From an uncultured virus (IMG/VR IMGVR_UViG_3300046007_010127) (taxonomy: Duplodnaviria > Heunggongvirae > Uroviricota > Caudoviricetes): a stretch of 63,706 nucleotides of DNA. The stretch lies in IMG/VR virus record IMGVR_UViG_3300046007_010127. One strand, written 5' to 3'. The notes beneath the pieces are model-generated. The model was given only the letters and a program-made list of their open reading frames with translations. It did no database searches and had not been told where the DNA came from. Below, piece after piece: positions 16,053 through 26,811 of the stretch. How positions within the stretch are numbered: position 1 is the first letter of the stretch; every line of letters begins with the position of its first letter. Both the position numbers and the translations under genes were made by a program.

Positions 16053-16901
16053 ATGTATTATTCAACGCCAAGCGTGACGTCGCAGTGTACTGCTAACATC
16101 ACAAGAAACAGAAACAGAGCCAAAATTTATGGCGATTCCGTCTATCTAAAAGACGGAGAGAATTTCGAGATTGAGCTATTCAATCCAACCACAGCAAGGG
16201 TACTTGCAAAAATCACAATCAACGGTAAGGCAATTTCAGATTCGGGGATTGTATTAAAACCAGGAGAAAGAGTTTATCTTGAGAGATTTATTGATTCTAA
16301 CAATAAATTTGTCTTTGAAACCTACGAGGTTGAAAAATCTAACGAGGCTTTAAATGCTATTGTAGATAATGGATTAATCAAGGTTGAGTTTTTTAACGAG
16401 ATCACATTAAATTCGGGTTTTACCCTACAAGGATCAACAGGTTTTGGATCAACAATATCTACACTCGGTAATAATTATCAGTATACTACACAAGGTCCTA
16501 TTGGTATTGTTGGAGCTAGTGGTACAATAGGATTAAATAGTATAACTAACGATTCTTATTTCAATAATTCAACACTTACTGCATCTTTTGGAGGAACAAC
16601 AACGAATAATCTTTTCGTTACCACATCGATGATAAATGAATCTATCAAGGGATCTAACGCAAGTAATTCCCAAGGTATTGAAACAGGAAGGATTGAAAAG
16701 GGGGAATCTAGTAATCAATCGTTCTCAACTACTAACGGAAATTTTAGTTACTTTCCAGCAACAACAATTTCTTATAGACTACTGCCAACATCACAAAAAC
16801 CAATAGAGACCTCCGAAATTAGGAACTATTGCACTGGATGTGGCTCTAGAATAAAGAAAGCGGGATGGAAATTCTGTCCTTCTTGTGGTGAAAAAATCTA
16901 A
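16053..16901 (+). CDS. Hypothetical protein with C-terminal zinc ribbon
   Basis: CTGCG...FCPSCG. Confidence 0.75.
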   Translation: MYYSTPSVTSQCTANITRNRNRAKIYGDSVYLKDGENFEIELFNPTTARVLAKITINGKAISDSGIVLKPGERVYLERFIDSNNKFVFETYEVEKSNEALNAIVDNGLIKVEFFNEITLNSGFTLQGSTGFGSTISTLGNNYQYTTQGPIGIVGASGTIGLNSITNDSYFNNSTLTASFGGTTTNNLFVTTSMINESIKGSNASNSQGIETGRIEKGESSNQSFSTTNGNFSYFPATTISYRLLPTSQKPIETSEIRNYCTGCGSRIKKAGWKFCPSCGEKI

Positions 16902-16914
16902 ATCCTACTACACA

Positions 16915-16941
16915 AAAAACCCAGGAGAGATCCTGGGTTTG
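16915..16941. terminator. Probable bidirectional terminator between convergent genes
   Basis: aaacccagga-gaga-tcctgggttt. Confidence 0.7.
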
Positions 16942-16947
16942 TAGTTT

Positions 16948-17748
16948 TTATAGATATCTTTCCCAGTCTTGTGCTGTTTCAGCCTGAGCTATTTCTGTAT
17001 CTGTATAAGGTCTAATATTACTTAGAGGAGTTCCTTGGTAAGCCATATAAGCATCTTTAGGAACTGGAATTTGGTATTGGGGAGAAACGTTTGCAGTTCC
17101 TGTATTTCCAGTAGTTGCTGGTGTAGTTGCTATTACAGGTTTGTTCTGTGGCCCAAACATCCAATCATACGATTTTTTTGCAAATTTAACCTCTTGGGTG
17201 ATTCCTCTTAAAGATTTTATCTTAGCAGGATCTGCAGCCATTTTAGTTAATTTAGCACCATTCTTAAAAACAAAGTTCTTAAGTGAAGTAATAATCTTAC
17301 CAACAAAAGGACCTATGCCAGCGAATTTAGATAAAAATTTAGAGCTTTTTAGAAATCCTACAATTTTTGGGAAAAACTTAGCCACAGCATTTACTAATGG
17401 CTTTAAAATACTAGATCCTAGTGCTTTACCTTTCCCTAGAGCTTTTACCAATAAACTACCTCCTGCTCCGATATACTGCCCAAATATAGGAATTAATCCT
17501 ATTGCACAAAGACCTGCTAATAAATATTCACCTTGCTTAGCATAAGAGACAAGGTTTATACCCTCTGCAACCGATCCTACACCTGGTATAAGAGCAGCAA
17601 AATCTAAAACTGTATTATACCATGCTTCCATTAAAGCTGGATCTTCTGAAGAAAGATATCTTAGTGATTCGTCTATTTGGTCTTGAGTAAAAAACATAGG
17701 TGAGCTACTTTCGAATAAGTAGTCTTCCATAGAAAGGATATTATCCAT
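16948..17748 (-). CDS. Hypothetical protein with a pre-toxin-like hydrophobic helical motif
   Basis: VLDFAALIPGVGSVAEGIN...GLIPIFG; minus-strand GATATATA at 17762-17769. Confidence 0.7.
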   Translation of the reverse strand: MDNILSMEDYLFESSSPMFFTQDQIDESLRYLSSEDPALMEAWYNTVLDFAALIPGVGSVAEGINLVSYAKQGEYLLAGLCAIGLIPIFGQYIGAGGSLLVKALGKGKALGSSILKPLVNAVAKFFPKIVGFLKSSKFLSKFAGIGPFVGKIITSLKNFVFKNGAKLTKMAADPAKIKSLRGITQEVKFAKKSYDWMFGPQNKPVIATTPATTGNTGTANVSPQYQIPVPKDAYMAYQGTPLSNIRPYTDTEIAQAETAQDWERYL

Positions 17749-17813
17749 ATTTTTTTTATTTTATATATCCAATTAAGGATGAAATCTTTTATATCAGTAA
17801 TTATATAATTGTT

Positions 17814-18158
17814 ATGCTTTACAGATCTAGTAAGATTTATGTAGAAGATTCTACAGTACATGGGAGAGGGGTATTTGCTTCTGATTCTATAAAGAAAGGA
17901 GAAATACTAGAAGAATGCCATTTTTTATTGGTACCGAAAGATGATCCTTATCCGCAGGTGCTCTATGAATATTTTTTTAGCTGGCCTAAAGGCGGAGACG
18001 AATTAGCTGTTTGTTTAGGATATGGAAGTATTTTTAACCATTCAGAAATTTATTTTAACGCAGATTGGGAAACAGATACCACTAAGAAGAAGATTATTTT
18101 TTTCGCAGTAAGAGATATAAATTCGGGAGAGGAAATATTTACAAATTATCAAAGATAA
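17814..18158 (+). CDS. SET-domain protein (lysine methyltransferase-like)
   Basis: HGRGVFA, IFNHS and AVRDINSGEEIFTNY motifs. Confidence 0.88.
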   Translation: MLYRSSKIYVEDSTVHGRGVFASDSIKKGEILEECHFLLVPKDDPYPQVLYEYFFSWPKGGDELAVCLGYGSIFNHSEIYFNADWETDTTKKKIIFFAVRDINSGEEIFTNYQR

Positions 18159-18224
18159 TTTTAATAAATCCTTTTTTATAATTCGGACATTTCTCTACAT
18201 TTGGATTATACAAAACAAAACAAT

Positions 18225-18509
18225 ATGGACCCAGAAGAAATAGAAAGATTACAAAACTTTGAAAAAGAAATAGATCAGATGTACGATTCACAAACTAGAA
18301 AATTATACAACTATATGGCTATCGAGGGAGCGGAAGCTTTCAAGCCAGGAAAACCTCTAAACAAATTTTTAAGTAGCGATCTTTTTGAAAGAATGATTTC
18401 ACATTTCGAGTCTACTGAGGAATATGAAAAGTGTGCATATGTTCTAGATCTTTCAGTAAAAGTTAAAAGAGAATATATCCAAGAATCTCTGAAGGAATTT
18501 AACGTCTAA
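18225..18509 (+). CDS. Hypothetical protein (UVR-like EEYEKCA tail)
   Basis: ORF; start moved to ATG 18225, downstream of TACATTTG. Confidence 0.6.
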   Translation: MDPEEIERLQNFEKEIDQMYDSQTRKLYNYMAIEGAEAFKPGKPLNKFLSSDLFERMISHFESTEEYEKCAYVLDLSVKVKREYIQESLKEFNV

Positions 18510-18547
18510 AAAAGAAACTTCCCAGAAATTCCCAGTATAAATAATAT

Positions 18548-18802
18548 ATGGGAAAAGGAAAGAGATATATTAAAAAATCTGCTAATGGCAGATTTTTTTT
18601 GTTTGTCGAGGAACAAGAGTATATCATTGACCATAGTAAAAAAACAAAGCTATGGCTTTCATCTCCATATCTTGTTCAAGAATCATTAAAGGATAATCCA
18701 GAAAAAACATCCCAGATAATAGAAGATCTCATAAAATGGAATGAGAGAAATCAGGATTTTGAATCCTGTTCTAAGCTTTTAGAGCTTAAAAGAAGTCTAT
18801 AA
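18548..18802 (+). CDS. Hypothetical protein
   Basis: ORF. Confidence 0.6.
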   Translation: MGKGKRYIKKSANGRFFLFVEEQEYIIDHSKKTKLWLSSPYLVQESLKDNPEKTSQIIEDLIKWNERNQDFESCSKLLELKRSL

Positions 18803-18879
18803 AATCCTATATAATCAGTTTTTTACGAATCAAAACTGTATTTCGTGTCTATAATAATAGATTATAAAATTGTAGACAA

Positions 18880-19185
18880 ATGAGAGAAATTTTTATTAAT
18901 GAAGGGTTAATTGAGGGAAGAATGGTATGTGGATCTAAATCTCTTTATAGAGATATGTTTCCGGATAACGAGGTTTATTTTAATGCTAATATTTTTGTTT
19001 TAGGTGAAGGAAAAATATGGTATGGTGATATAGATGTTACAAATGATATCGATGCTTTACAGAGCGTTGCTGATCAAATTGGAAAGGATCTATACATTCT
19101 TAGAGAGATGGACGGAAGATTCGGAAACGAAAATTTAAGCGATCCCGAAATCATTACAAGATCAGTGTGTAAAATAATTAAATAA
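18880..19185 (+). CDS. Hypothetical protein
   Basis: ORF. Confidence 0.65.
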   Translation: MREIFINEGLIEGRMVCGSKSLYRDMFPDNEVYFNANIFVLGEGKIWYGDIDVTNDIDALQSVADQIGKDLYILREMDGRFGNENLSDPEIITRSVCKIIK

Positions 19186-19197
19186 TTTAAAATTAAT

Positions 19198-20376
19198 ATG
19201 GCTAAGAAAGAATTTTCATTTTCAGAACTTGACAAACAACTATCTAAAATAGATGGATTTGAAACCGGATCAATATTAGAAAACAACGAATTTTCGGAAG
19301 TTTCTGAATGGATCCCTACTGGTAACTACCTCTTAAATGCTCAACTATCAGGAACATTGTTCGGTGGTATAGCTAACAATAGATCTATGGGTATTGCCGG
19401 AGATCCTCAAACAGGAAAATCTTTCCTGTGTATGAATATCGTAAGAGAGGCACAGAGAAAAGATTACAACGTGATATATTGTGATACTGAAGGAGCTATC
19501 GATAAATCAGGAGCAAAAAAATTCGGTATCGATACAAATAAAGTTAGGTACCAACCTATTAAAACTATCTCCGATTTTAAAGTATTTGTTGCTAATCTAG
19601 TTGACAAAGTTAAAGCTTACAGAAAAGACGGTGCAGAGCCTAAGATTGCTCTTATTCTGGATTCATTAGGGATGCTATCTACAGATAAAGAAACTGGAGA
19701 TGCTTTAAAGGGTAAGAGTGCAATGGATATGGGTATTAGATCTAAGGAGCTAAGATCTCTATTTAGGGTTATCACATTAGATCTTACTGCTGTTAAGATT
19801 CCTTTGGTCTGTACAAACCACACTACTACAGGTAACATTGGTGGATTTATGCCAACGAAAGAAGCTGCTGGTGGTGACGGACCTATATTCTCGATGAGTA
19901 ATGTTATTATGCTTTCTAAAGCTCAATTAAAAGAAGGGAGTGATAATACAAGAACAGGTATTGTTGTAACATCTACTCCAAAGAAAGCAAGATTCACTAG
20001 ACCATATCCAGTTAAATTCCATATCTCGTTCATGAACGGTATGAATGCTTATGTTGGTTTACAGGATTTTGTATCTTGGGAAACGTGTGGGATACAAAGA
20101 GGTAAACTCGAAGTAGATAAGAAAACTGGAGAGATGGAATTTATTCCGAATGAATCATCTCCTAGATGGGCAGTTAGACATTTAGGAAAAACTGTACCAT
20201 CTACACAGATATTTACCCCAGAGGTATTTACTGATGAGGTTTTAAAAATGCTTGACGAGAAGGTTATTCAGCCACATTTTAAACTCCCTGATCTTTTTGA
20301 CGAAAAAGAATTTGAAGATCTAGTTGACGGAGGACAAGAAGAAAATGTAGTTGAAGATGGAGAAGAACAAGCTTAA
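19198..20376 (+). CDS. uvsX: RecA/UvsX-like recombinase
   Basis: IPTGNYLLN, Walker A GDPQTGKS, YCDTEGA, ILDSLGML, TNH. Confidence 0.92.
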   Translation: MAKKEFSFSELDKQLSKIDGFETGSILENNEFSEVSEWIPTGNYLLNAQLSGTLFGGIANNRSMGIAGDPQTGKSFLCMNIVREAQRKDYNVIYCDTEGAIDKSGAKKFGIDTNKVRYQPIKTISDFKVFVANLVDKVKAYRKDGAEPKIALILDSLGMLSTDKETGDALKGKSAMDMGIRSKELRSLFRVITLDLTAVKIPLVCTNHTTTGNIGGFMPTKEAAGGDGPIFSMSNVIMLSKAQLKEGSDNTRTGIVVTSTPKKARFTRPYPVKFHISFMNGMNAYVGLQDFVSWETCGIQRGKLEVDKKTGEMEFIPNESSPRWAVRHLGKTVPSTQIFTPEVFTDEVLKMLDEKVIQPHFKLPDLFDEKEFEDLVDGGQEENVVEDGEEQA

Positions 20377-20650
20377 ACTAAAATACCTTATGGGTGTTTG
20401 GAAAGATCTTCCCGAATATCCCACAAAAGAAGATGTCATTTACGAGCTTAATTCTTATCTAATAAAAGATGGAAGACCTGATGGAGAATTCTCCGATCAG
20501 ACATTTAATTCTTTTTTAGAATCGGGATGGAAGAAAACTTCCCATGGAAAAATAATAAAAGAACTGATAGACACTGGAGTTTTTGAAAAGACAGAAAGAA
20601 GTATAGGAAATAAAAATTGGTATAAAATAAAGGACAACCCACATTATTAA
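20357..20650 (+). CDS. Hypothetical protein (possible winged helix)
   Basis: ORF between recombinase and helicase. Confidence 0.6.
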   Translation: MEKNKLKLKYLMGVWKDLPEYPTKEDVIYELNSYLIKDGRPDGEFSDQTFNSFLESGWKKTSHGKIIKELIDTGVFEKTERSIGNKNWYKIKDNPHY

Positions 20651-20653
20651 AAA

Positions 20654-21955
20654 ATGCAGAATCAACACTTAGAAAATATTTGGTTTAGAGCGGTAATCGA
20701 AAACCCCGCTTATATAGATGCTACTGATATTAGTTTTTTTAAGAATACTAACTATCAGGAGGTGTTTAAAGTTGTTAAATCGTTTTGGAAAAAATACCAG
20801 CAGATCCCAAGTAAAATACAAGTGAGAGAGTCTGCAAAGCTTTTAAAAATAGAGGACAAGATAACTGACACTTTGCTAGATTCTATGTGGTCCATTAATC
20901 TTGATGATTATGATCAGGACTGGTTACAACAGAATGTAGAATCTTGGGTTGAATGGAAGACTTTAGAAAAAAGCGCGGTTGATTCTATAAACTATATTAG
21001 AAGTACTGAGGTTACCCCTGATAATATCAAAGACGTTATAAACACTTATAAATCTATAGTTGTTGATAGAAATAAGGTTGACTTCTCTTTCGATATGGGT
21101 CTTAACTTTAGAGATCCTGATTCGCATAAACAGCCTAGTAATCTCACATTCTCCAGTGGATACGATTATATAGATTTCTGTTTAGGTGGTGGATTTTCTG
21201 CTAAGGGACTTTATGTTTTTCTGGGTCAGCCTAAGGTTGGTAAAACATTATGGCTCGGTAACATAGCAACGCAAGCTATTAGAGCATCAAATAATGTTGC
21301 TATAATCACTCTGGAATTAAATGACAGGAAATATATGAAGAGACTAGGATCGAATCTTCTAGGTATAAGAATGTCAGAGTATAAAGATAGCGCAGAAAAT
21401 GATGCACTAATAAAAAAGAAAGTAACTAACCTAGCTTTTGAAAATCTAAGAACTCCTGGTGAATTGGTTGTAAAAGAATTCCCAACTTCACAAGCTTCTG
21501 CTATTGACGTGGAAAATTGGCTAACTAAGGTAGAGCAAATCATGGGGATGAAATTTAAAATAGTCATCATTGATTATATCAACATTATGAAGAACTGGAG
21601 AAATCCAAACTCCGAAAATACATATATGAAGATTAAGCAGATAGCTGAAGATCTTAGAGCTGCAGCACAAAGAAACCAATGGGCTATAGTTACTGCTACT
21701 CAGACAAAACAAAGCGAATTTGACGCTACAGATTTAAGTATGAACTCAGCATCGGAATCATCTGGTTTAGTCGCTACTGTCGATGGTATGTTTGGCATCA
21801 TACAAGATCCTATGATGTATACAAATAATGAATATAAGCTAAAATTATTAGCAAATAGGGACGAGGGATATAAAAATTCCTACAAGAAATTTATAGTTGA
21901 TTACAACTACATGAGAATATCTGAAGACCCTAATTCCCAAATAATGAATGATTAA
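20654..21955 (+). CDS. gp41: DnaB-family replicative helicase (T4 gp41-like)
   Basis: GQPKVGKT, ITLEL, KEFPT, IIDYINIM, TATQ and SES motifs. Confidence 0.92.
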   Translation: MQNQHLENIWFRAVIENPAYIDATDISFFKNTNYQEVFKVVKSFWKKYQQIPSKIQVRESAKLLKIEDKITDTLLDSMWSINLDDYDQDWLQQNVESWVEWKTLEKSAVDSINYIRSTEVTPDNIKDVINTYKSIVVDRNKVDFSFDMGLNFRDPDSHKQPSNLTFSSGYDYIDFCLGGGFSAKGLYVFLGQPKVGKTLWLGNIATQAIRASNNVAIITLELNDRKYMKRLGSNLLGIRMSEYKDSAENDALIKKKVTNLAFENLRTPGELVVKEFPTSQASAIDVENWLTKVEQIMGMKFKIVIIDYINIMKNWRNPNSENTYMKIKQIAEDLRAAAQRNQWAIVTATQTKQSEFDATDLSMNSASESSGLVATVDGMFGIIQDPMMYTNNEYKLKLLANRDEGYKNSYKKFIVDYNYMRISEDPNSQIMND

Positions 21956-22431
21956 TGAAAAAACAAAAGAAACTAATCGAAGATGAGAAGGACGACTTAA
22001 ACATAGATGCGGAGTTAGAGGCAGAAGATCCAAATAATAAAGAAGCCGACGAGGAGTTTGAAATCGACCCCAGTTTAGATTATAGAAGTATACAATCAAT
22101 AGTTACTTATGAGGATGAGGACTACATATATGCTTGCAACTTAAACGATCGAATAAATGAGATATTCCAAGCTTCTAGATGGACTATTATAAATCCAAGT
22201 AAAAAAATTCCGAAAGATCTAATACCATTAATCTTCCAAGATATACTAAAAGATCTGGAAGGAACTGAATTTTCTATGGTTGAAAAATTTGTTGCTATTT
22301 GTGACTATACAGCGATAAATTACCAGAAGGCTTATGAATCTATTCATATGAAATATAAAGAGCTTATAGTTCAAGAAATGGATGAAAAATATGGTATTTT
22401 AGGAAGGAAAGGAATCAAAAAAATATTCTAA
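21955..22431 (+). CDS. Hypothetical protein
   Basis: Coupled ORF. Confidence 0.7.
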   Translation: MKKQKKLIEDEKDDLNIDAELEAEDPNNKEADEEFEIDPSLDYRSIQSIVTYEDEDYIYACNLNDRINEIFQASRWTIINPSKKIPKDLIPLIFQDILKDLEGTEFSMVEKFVAICDYTAINYQKAYESIHMKYKELIVQEMDEKYGILGRKGIKKIF

Positions 22432-23543
22432 TGGAGAGATTCTCAAAAATAAAAAGAATAATATTCATTACTGATACACATTTAGGGGTTAGAAACAATT
22501 CAAATGATTGGATAGAGATACACGAAAACTATTTTAGGAATTGGTTTATTCCTCTATGTAAAAAGATATACAGACCTGGCGATTGTCTAGTTCACCTGGG
22601 CGATGTGTATGATAGCAGACAGTCATTAAATCTTAGAGTCCTTAATCTTGGTATAGAGATATTTGAGGATCTTTCTGATATTTTTAAAGATGGTATATTC
22701 ATAATATGTGGTAATCACGACATATACGGGAAGAATTCAAACGATGTTAATTCACTTAAGTCCTTAAAATGGATTCCTGGAATAAAAATATACGAGGAGC
22801 CCGAGAGTATAATCATGGGAGACAAGAAGATATTTTTAATGCCTTGGAGAAGAGATCATGATGCTGAAAGAGAAACATTAAGTAGTGTCAAAGAACAACA
22901 CGATTATATGTTCTGTCATACGGATCTTAAGGGATTAATGTTTAATAAGTTCGTTAGGATAGATGCAGGACTTGAGTATTCAGATATAGACAAGTTTGAC
23001 CGAGTTTACTCCGGACACATTCACTACTCACAAACTTTTGGTAAGATGAGAATGCTAGGATCGCCTTATCAATTAACTAGATCTGATACAGATAACCCTA
23101 AAGGAATAACCGTACTAGATCTTGAAACTGGATACGAGGACTATTACGATAACGATTATTCGCCAAGATTTGTTAGAATGACATTTGAAAAAGTTCTAAA
23201 TTCAACTCCAGATGAGCTTAATTTGGTGTTTAATAACAATTTTATAGATATCCTAGTTGATCCAGAATTAGCGGTTAAAGCACCTCTTGGGCTTTTAACT
23301 GAGTATGTTAATCCTCCGCTTAAAATATCATTCACACCCATTACCAATAACGAAGAAGAGCTAGTTGACGAAGGGTTCCACGATTTAGAGGGTAAGAGTT
23401 TTTCTATACTAGATCTTACAAAATTATACCTCGACAAGTGTAATTATGAGGACGACAAAAAAACTAAAATATACAAAGCAATAGAGAAATTACTTCACAA
23501 GGTTTCCGTACAAGTTAAAGAAGATGAAGATCAAGAAGATTGA
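22431..23543 (+). CDS. gp47: Mre11/SbcD-like nuclease (T4 gp47-like)
   Basis: TDTHLG, HLGDVYD, GNHD and SGHIH metallophosphoesterase motifs. Confidence 0.92.
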   Translation: MERFSKIKRIIFITDTHLGVRNNSNDWIEIHENYFRNWFIPLCKKIYRPGDCLVHLGDVYDSRQSLNLRVLNLGIEIFEDLSDIFKDGIFIICGNHDIYGKNSNDVNSLKSLKWIPGIKIYEEPESIIMGDKKIFLMPWRRDHDAERETLSSVKEQHDYMFCHTDLKGLMFNKFVRIDAGLEYSDIDKFDRVYSGHIHYSQTFGKMRMLGSPYQLTRSDTDNPKGITVLDLETGYEDYYDNDYSPRFVRMTFEKVLNSTPDELNLVFNNNFIDILVDPELAVKAPLGLLTEYVNPPLKISFTPITNNEEELVDEGFHDLEGKSFSILDLTKLYLDKCNYEDDKKTKIYKAIEKLLHKVSVQVKEDEDQED

Positions 23544-25191
23544 ATGGAGAAACGTTGCTTCATACGGTAACAAAATCCAAAAATTAGAACTCCCAGAAAA
23601 AGCCGGATTGATTCAGGTATTTGGTGAGAATGGGGTAGGAAAGTCAACTATATCCGATGTTATAACATTTGGACTTTATGGTAAGTTAGAAGGGAAAAAG
23701 CTAAAAGATATTCCCAACAGATCTAATAAATCTGCTTGGATGAAGATAGAATTTGAACAGGACGGAAAGGTTTACGAGGTCGAGAGAGGATTAGAGCCTG
23801 CAGTTTTTCAGCTATCTATAAATGGAGAGGTGTATGATCAAGCAGGAAAGAGTAATGTACAGGATTATTTGAGCGATGATATCTTAAAAATCCCATATTA
23901 TGTTTTTAACAATACTATATCTCTCTCAATAAACGATTTTAAAAGTTTCTTGCGAATGAGTACCGCTGATAAGAAACTTATAATTGATAAGATCTTTGGG
24001 TTCTATATCTTAAACGAGATGAGAGATATCCTGAAGGAGGAAAGTAAGAGCATAAAGTCATCGATTGACAGATTGTCTGGTGAAATATTTGCCACGGGTA
24101 GATCTATAGCAGCTTCTCAAAAAGAGCTGGAGGATTTACAAAAAAGAATAATCGAAAATTCAGGAACTGAAATAGGAAAAACCGAGGATCAATTAGAAAA
24201 TTACAAAGCATTACTAGAGATACACACTGATAAAATAAAAGAGTTTAGAACTAAAGAAAACGAAATAAATCGAGCAGTAACAGATTCGTATGAAAAATAC
24301 AGTGATCTCGGAGCTAAGATAAAGACATTAGATTCTAAAATAAATCTATATAATGATGATAAATGTCCAACGTGCTCTTCAGACCTTTCAACAGATTTTC
24401 ATAAATCAATTTTTGATGATCTATGTAAGCTTAAAGAAAAATACGGGGAAGATCTTAAGGAGCTAAAGAAAAATTATGAATCTGCTAAGAAAGTCCAAAA
24501 TAAAATAGCAGAAACTAAGAACGATCTTTTCTCTAAAGGCAGTAAAATTGAAAATGGTATAAAAACTCTAAAAGAGAAATTAAAGAGCCTTAAAACAGCT
24601 AAAAACAATGATGAGGCTAATTCTATAAGGAAGCTTCTAAGTCAAGCAAACGATGATCTATCTGAATTTAACCAAGAGAAAGCAATATTTGAAGAAAAAC
24701 AGGGTTGGATAAAAACTCTAGATGAAGTTCTTAGTGAGAAAGGAGTTAAACAACTTGCAATTAAATCCATACTTCCCTCATTAAACAACGAGATTCTTAA
24801 TACACTCCTGTCTTTACACTTACCATATAAGGTTGTTTTCAATGAAGAATTTAACGCTCAGATATTCCATCTAGGAGAGGAAATATCTCCACAGACTCTT
24901 TCTACTGGAGAAATGAAAAAAGTAGATTTTGCAGTCTTAGTTGCAGTTATAAAGTTAATGAAGATAAGATTCTCATCTGTTAACATTCTTTTCTTAGATG
25001 AGATATTTAGCTCGGTAGATCCAGATGGTGTGCATAGCATATTAACAACTCTTAGAAAACTCTCGGATGATCTAAGTATGAATATCTTTGTAATAAACCA
25101 TGCTCCTATGCCAACTGAAATATTTGATTACAAGATCGAGATATCGAAGAAGAACAACTTTTCAGATATTAGCTTTGATAAACTATCGTAG
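23524..25191 (+). CDS. gp46: Rad50/SbcC-like ATPase (T4 gp46-like)
   Basis: GENGVGKS, CPTC zinc hook, LSTGE signature, LFLDE. Confidence 0.93.
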   Translation: MKIKKIEWRNVASYGNKIQKLELPEKAGLIQVFGENGVGKSTISDVITFGLYGKLEGKKLKDIPNRSNKSAWMKIEFEQDGKVYEVERGLEPAVFQLSINGEVYDQAGKSNVQDYLSDDILKIPYYVFNNTISLSINDFKSFLRMSTADKKLIIDKIFGFYILNEMRDILKEESKSIKSSIDRLSGEIFATGRSIAASQKELEDLQKRIIENSGTEIGKTEDQLENYKALLEIHTDKIKEFRTKENEINRAVTDSYEKYSDLGAKIKTLDSKINLYNDDKCPTCSSDLSTDFHKSIFDDLCKLKEKYGEDLKELKKNYESAKKVQNKIAETKNDLFSKGSKIENGIKTLKEKLKSLKTAKNNDEANSIRKLLSQANDDLSEFNQEKAIFEEKQGWIKTLDEVLSEKGVKQLAIKSILPSLNNEILNTLLSLHLPYKVVFNEEFNAQIFHLGEEISPQTLSTGEMKKVDFAVLVAVIKLMKIRFSSVNILFLDEIFSSVDPDGVHSILTTLRKLSDDLSMNIFVINHAPMPTEIFDYKIEISKKNNFSDISFDKLS

Positions 25192-25203
25192 GATATATAG
25201 ATC

Positions 25204-25632
25204 ATGGCAGAAATATATCCAGCTGGAACAGAATCTATAAGAAATCTTACTCCCACGTTTATCTATTTTTTAGTAGTTAAAGGCGATCCACTATCTGTTG
25301 GTATACCGCAAAAAGAATATTTTGTTTACAGATACAAAGTTCCGGTTTCCAAGAGTGATGGCATAGCACAATTAAGAAGCTATTTTTCATCTCTAGGAGA
25401 TTCTACTATAATAGAATGCAGAGAGATTGAAGATATAGAATATGCAAATGGCCTTTTTACCCATCCTGAATATTCGGGGATTAATAGACAGCCATTAAAA
25501 TTTAAAATGAGAGATATACCAATATATCTACAATCACAAATAAGGGTAATTGATCTAGAAAAGGATCCTTATCAATACGGAAGCAAACCTATAATAAGAG
25601 ACAATACCGCAGTTATAATAGATAATCAATAA
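25204..25632 (+). CDS. Hypothetical protein (late)
   Basis: ORF; GATATATA at 25192. Confidence 0.7.
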   Translation: MAEIYPAGTESIRNLTPTFIYFLVVKGDPLSVGIPQKEYFVYRYKVPVSKSDGIAQLRSYFSSLGDSTIIECREIEDIEYANGLFTHPEYSGINRQPLKFKMRDIPIYLQSQIRVIDLEKDPYQYGSKPIIRDNTAVIIDNQ

Positions 25633-25634
25633 AT

Positions 25635-26471
25635 ATGAATTTTCTAGAGAAATATAATACAGATGATGTCTTTTTTAGAGGGATTATAATAGGACTTTTA
25701 AGTAAGTTAAACGAAACTGTTACATACGAGCAAGTAGACAGCAATCAAGAGACCACTAAGATCTATATACCATTTTTCTATTCTATGGTAGGCGATGAGC
25801 CATTCCTCCAAGATTTTTATTTGTCATACGAAGACTGTGACGGTAACCCAGCTTTTGCTGAAGGCAATTATGATGTAGTACCGAGAGGAATACTAGAATT
25901 GGGTGCAACTAGAATAGACACAGGATCTGCTACAACTAAATTCGTTAGAGGATCTTATACAAAAGAAATTGAAAAAGCAAGTGGTAGTGAGATGGTAACA
26001 TATTCAGCTTACCTCTATCCAATCCCTCTAGGAATTTCAGTAAATGCTAAAATAAAAGCGGATACAACATTAGATGCTTTTAAAATACAGCAGAGTGTCC
26101 TTGAGATTCTATATAAGAGATTTGTTTATTACTTTTATTATAAAGGATTTAGAGTACCAGTTCAGGTTAGCTTGGGTGACGCTCCGCCAGATAAACAGCC
26201 AAATAATTTCCAAATGTCCTATGGATCACAGAGGGGTGAAGCAATAACTCTTAGCTTTACTATGGAATTAGAGACATATCTTCCTGATCCTGACTTAACT
26301 ACTGAGAGATTTAGAGGAAATCTTATGCAGGGTGGTATAAAATTAAACGTTGAGCTAGGAACAGCACCAGAAGATAATAGCAGTATAATAAGCGGTCTTG
26401 GTATCTATGACATCAAGAAAGATATTACAGGAGCTACTGGAGCTACTGGTGAAGCACCTTCTAACCCTTAA
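25635..26471 (+). CDS. Putative tail completion/sheath stabilizer (T4 gp15-like)
   Basis: Size, context next to neck and terminase genes, VPR and PIP...QQSVLEI pattern; weak recognition. Confidence 0.5.
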   Translation: MNFLEKYNTDDVFFRGIIIGLLSKLNETVTYEQVDSNQETTKIYIPFFYSMVGDEPFLQDFYLSYEDCDGNPAFAEGNYDVVPRGILELGATRIDTGSATTKFVRGSYTKEIEKASGSEMVTYSAYLYPIPLGISVNAKIKADTTLDAFKIQQSVLEILYKRFVYYFYYKGFRVPVQVSLGDAPPDKQPNNFQMSYGSQRGEAITLSFTMELETYLPDPDLTTERFRGNLMQGGIKLNVELGTAPEDNSSIISGLGIYDIKKDITGATGATGEAPSNP

Positions 26472-26773
26472 GAATTTAAAGGAATATCCTTATCTTCATT
26501 TTTTTTCTCGTCATCTAAATTTTCTATACCAGAATCTTTAGATTTTCTGTATCCTAATAGCGTAGCTCCTATAGAAACGAATATGATAGACTGAGTAAGT
26601 ATATCTATACTCTCGTCTAGAAACATTTTATCAATACACCCAAGAAAAAAACATATCCCCCCTATAAAAACAATATACAATCCAGCAGTACCACTTCCTG
26701 AGGTTTTACCGTCTGAATTTGAAGTAAGTTGGCCGAAACTAAACTTCTCCATTTGAGCTCTAAATTTTTTCAT
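26468..26773 (-). CDS. Small two-TM membrane protein (holin-like?)
   Basis: GKTSGSG motif, two hydrophobic helices, charged C-terminus; start moved to ATG 26773. Confidence 0.55.
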   Translation of the reverse strand: MKKFRAQMEKFSFGQLTSNSDGKTSGSGTAGLYIVFIGGICFFLGCIDKMFLDESIDILTQSIIFVSIGATLLGYRKSKDSGIENLDDEKKNEDKDIPLNS

Positions 26774-26811
26774 AGTGTTTTTTCTGATATATATTAAAAA
26801 CATTAGCCAAA

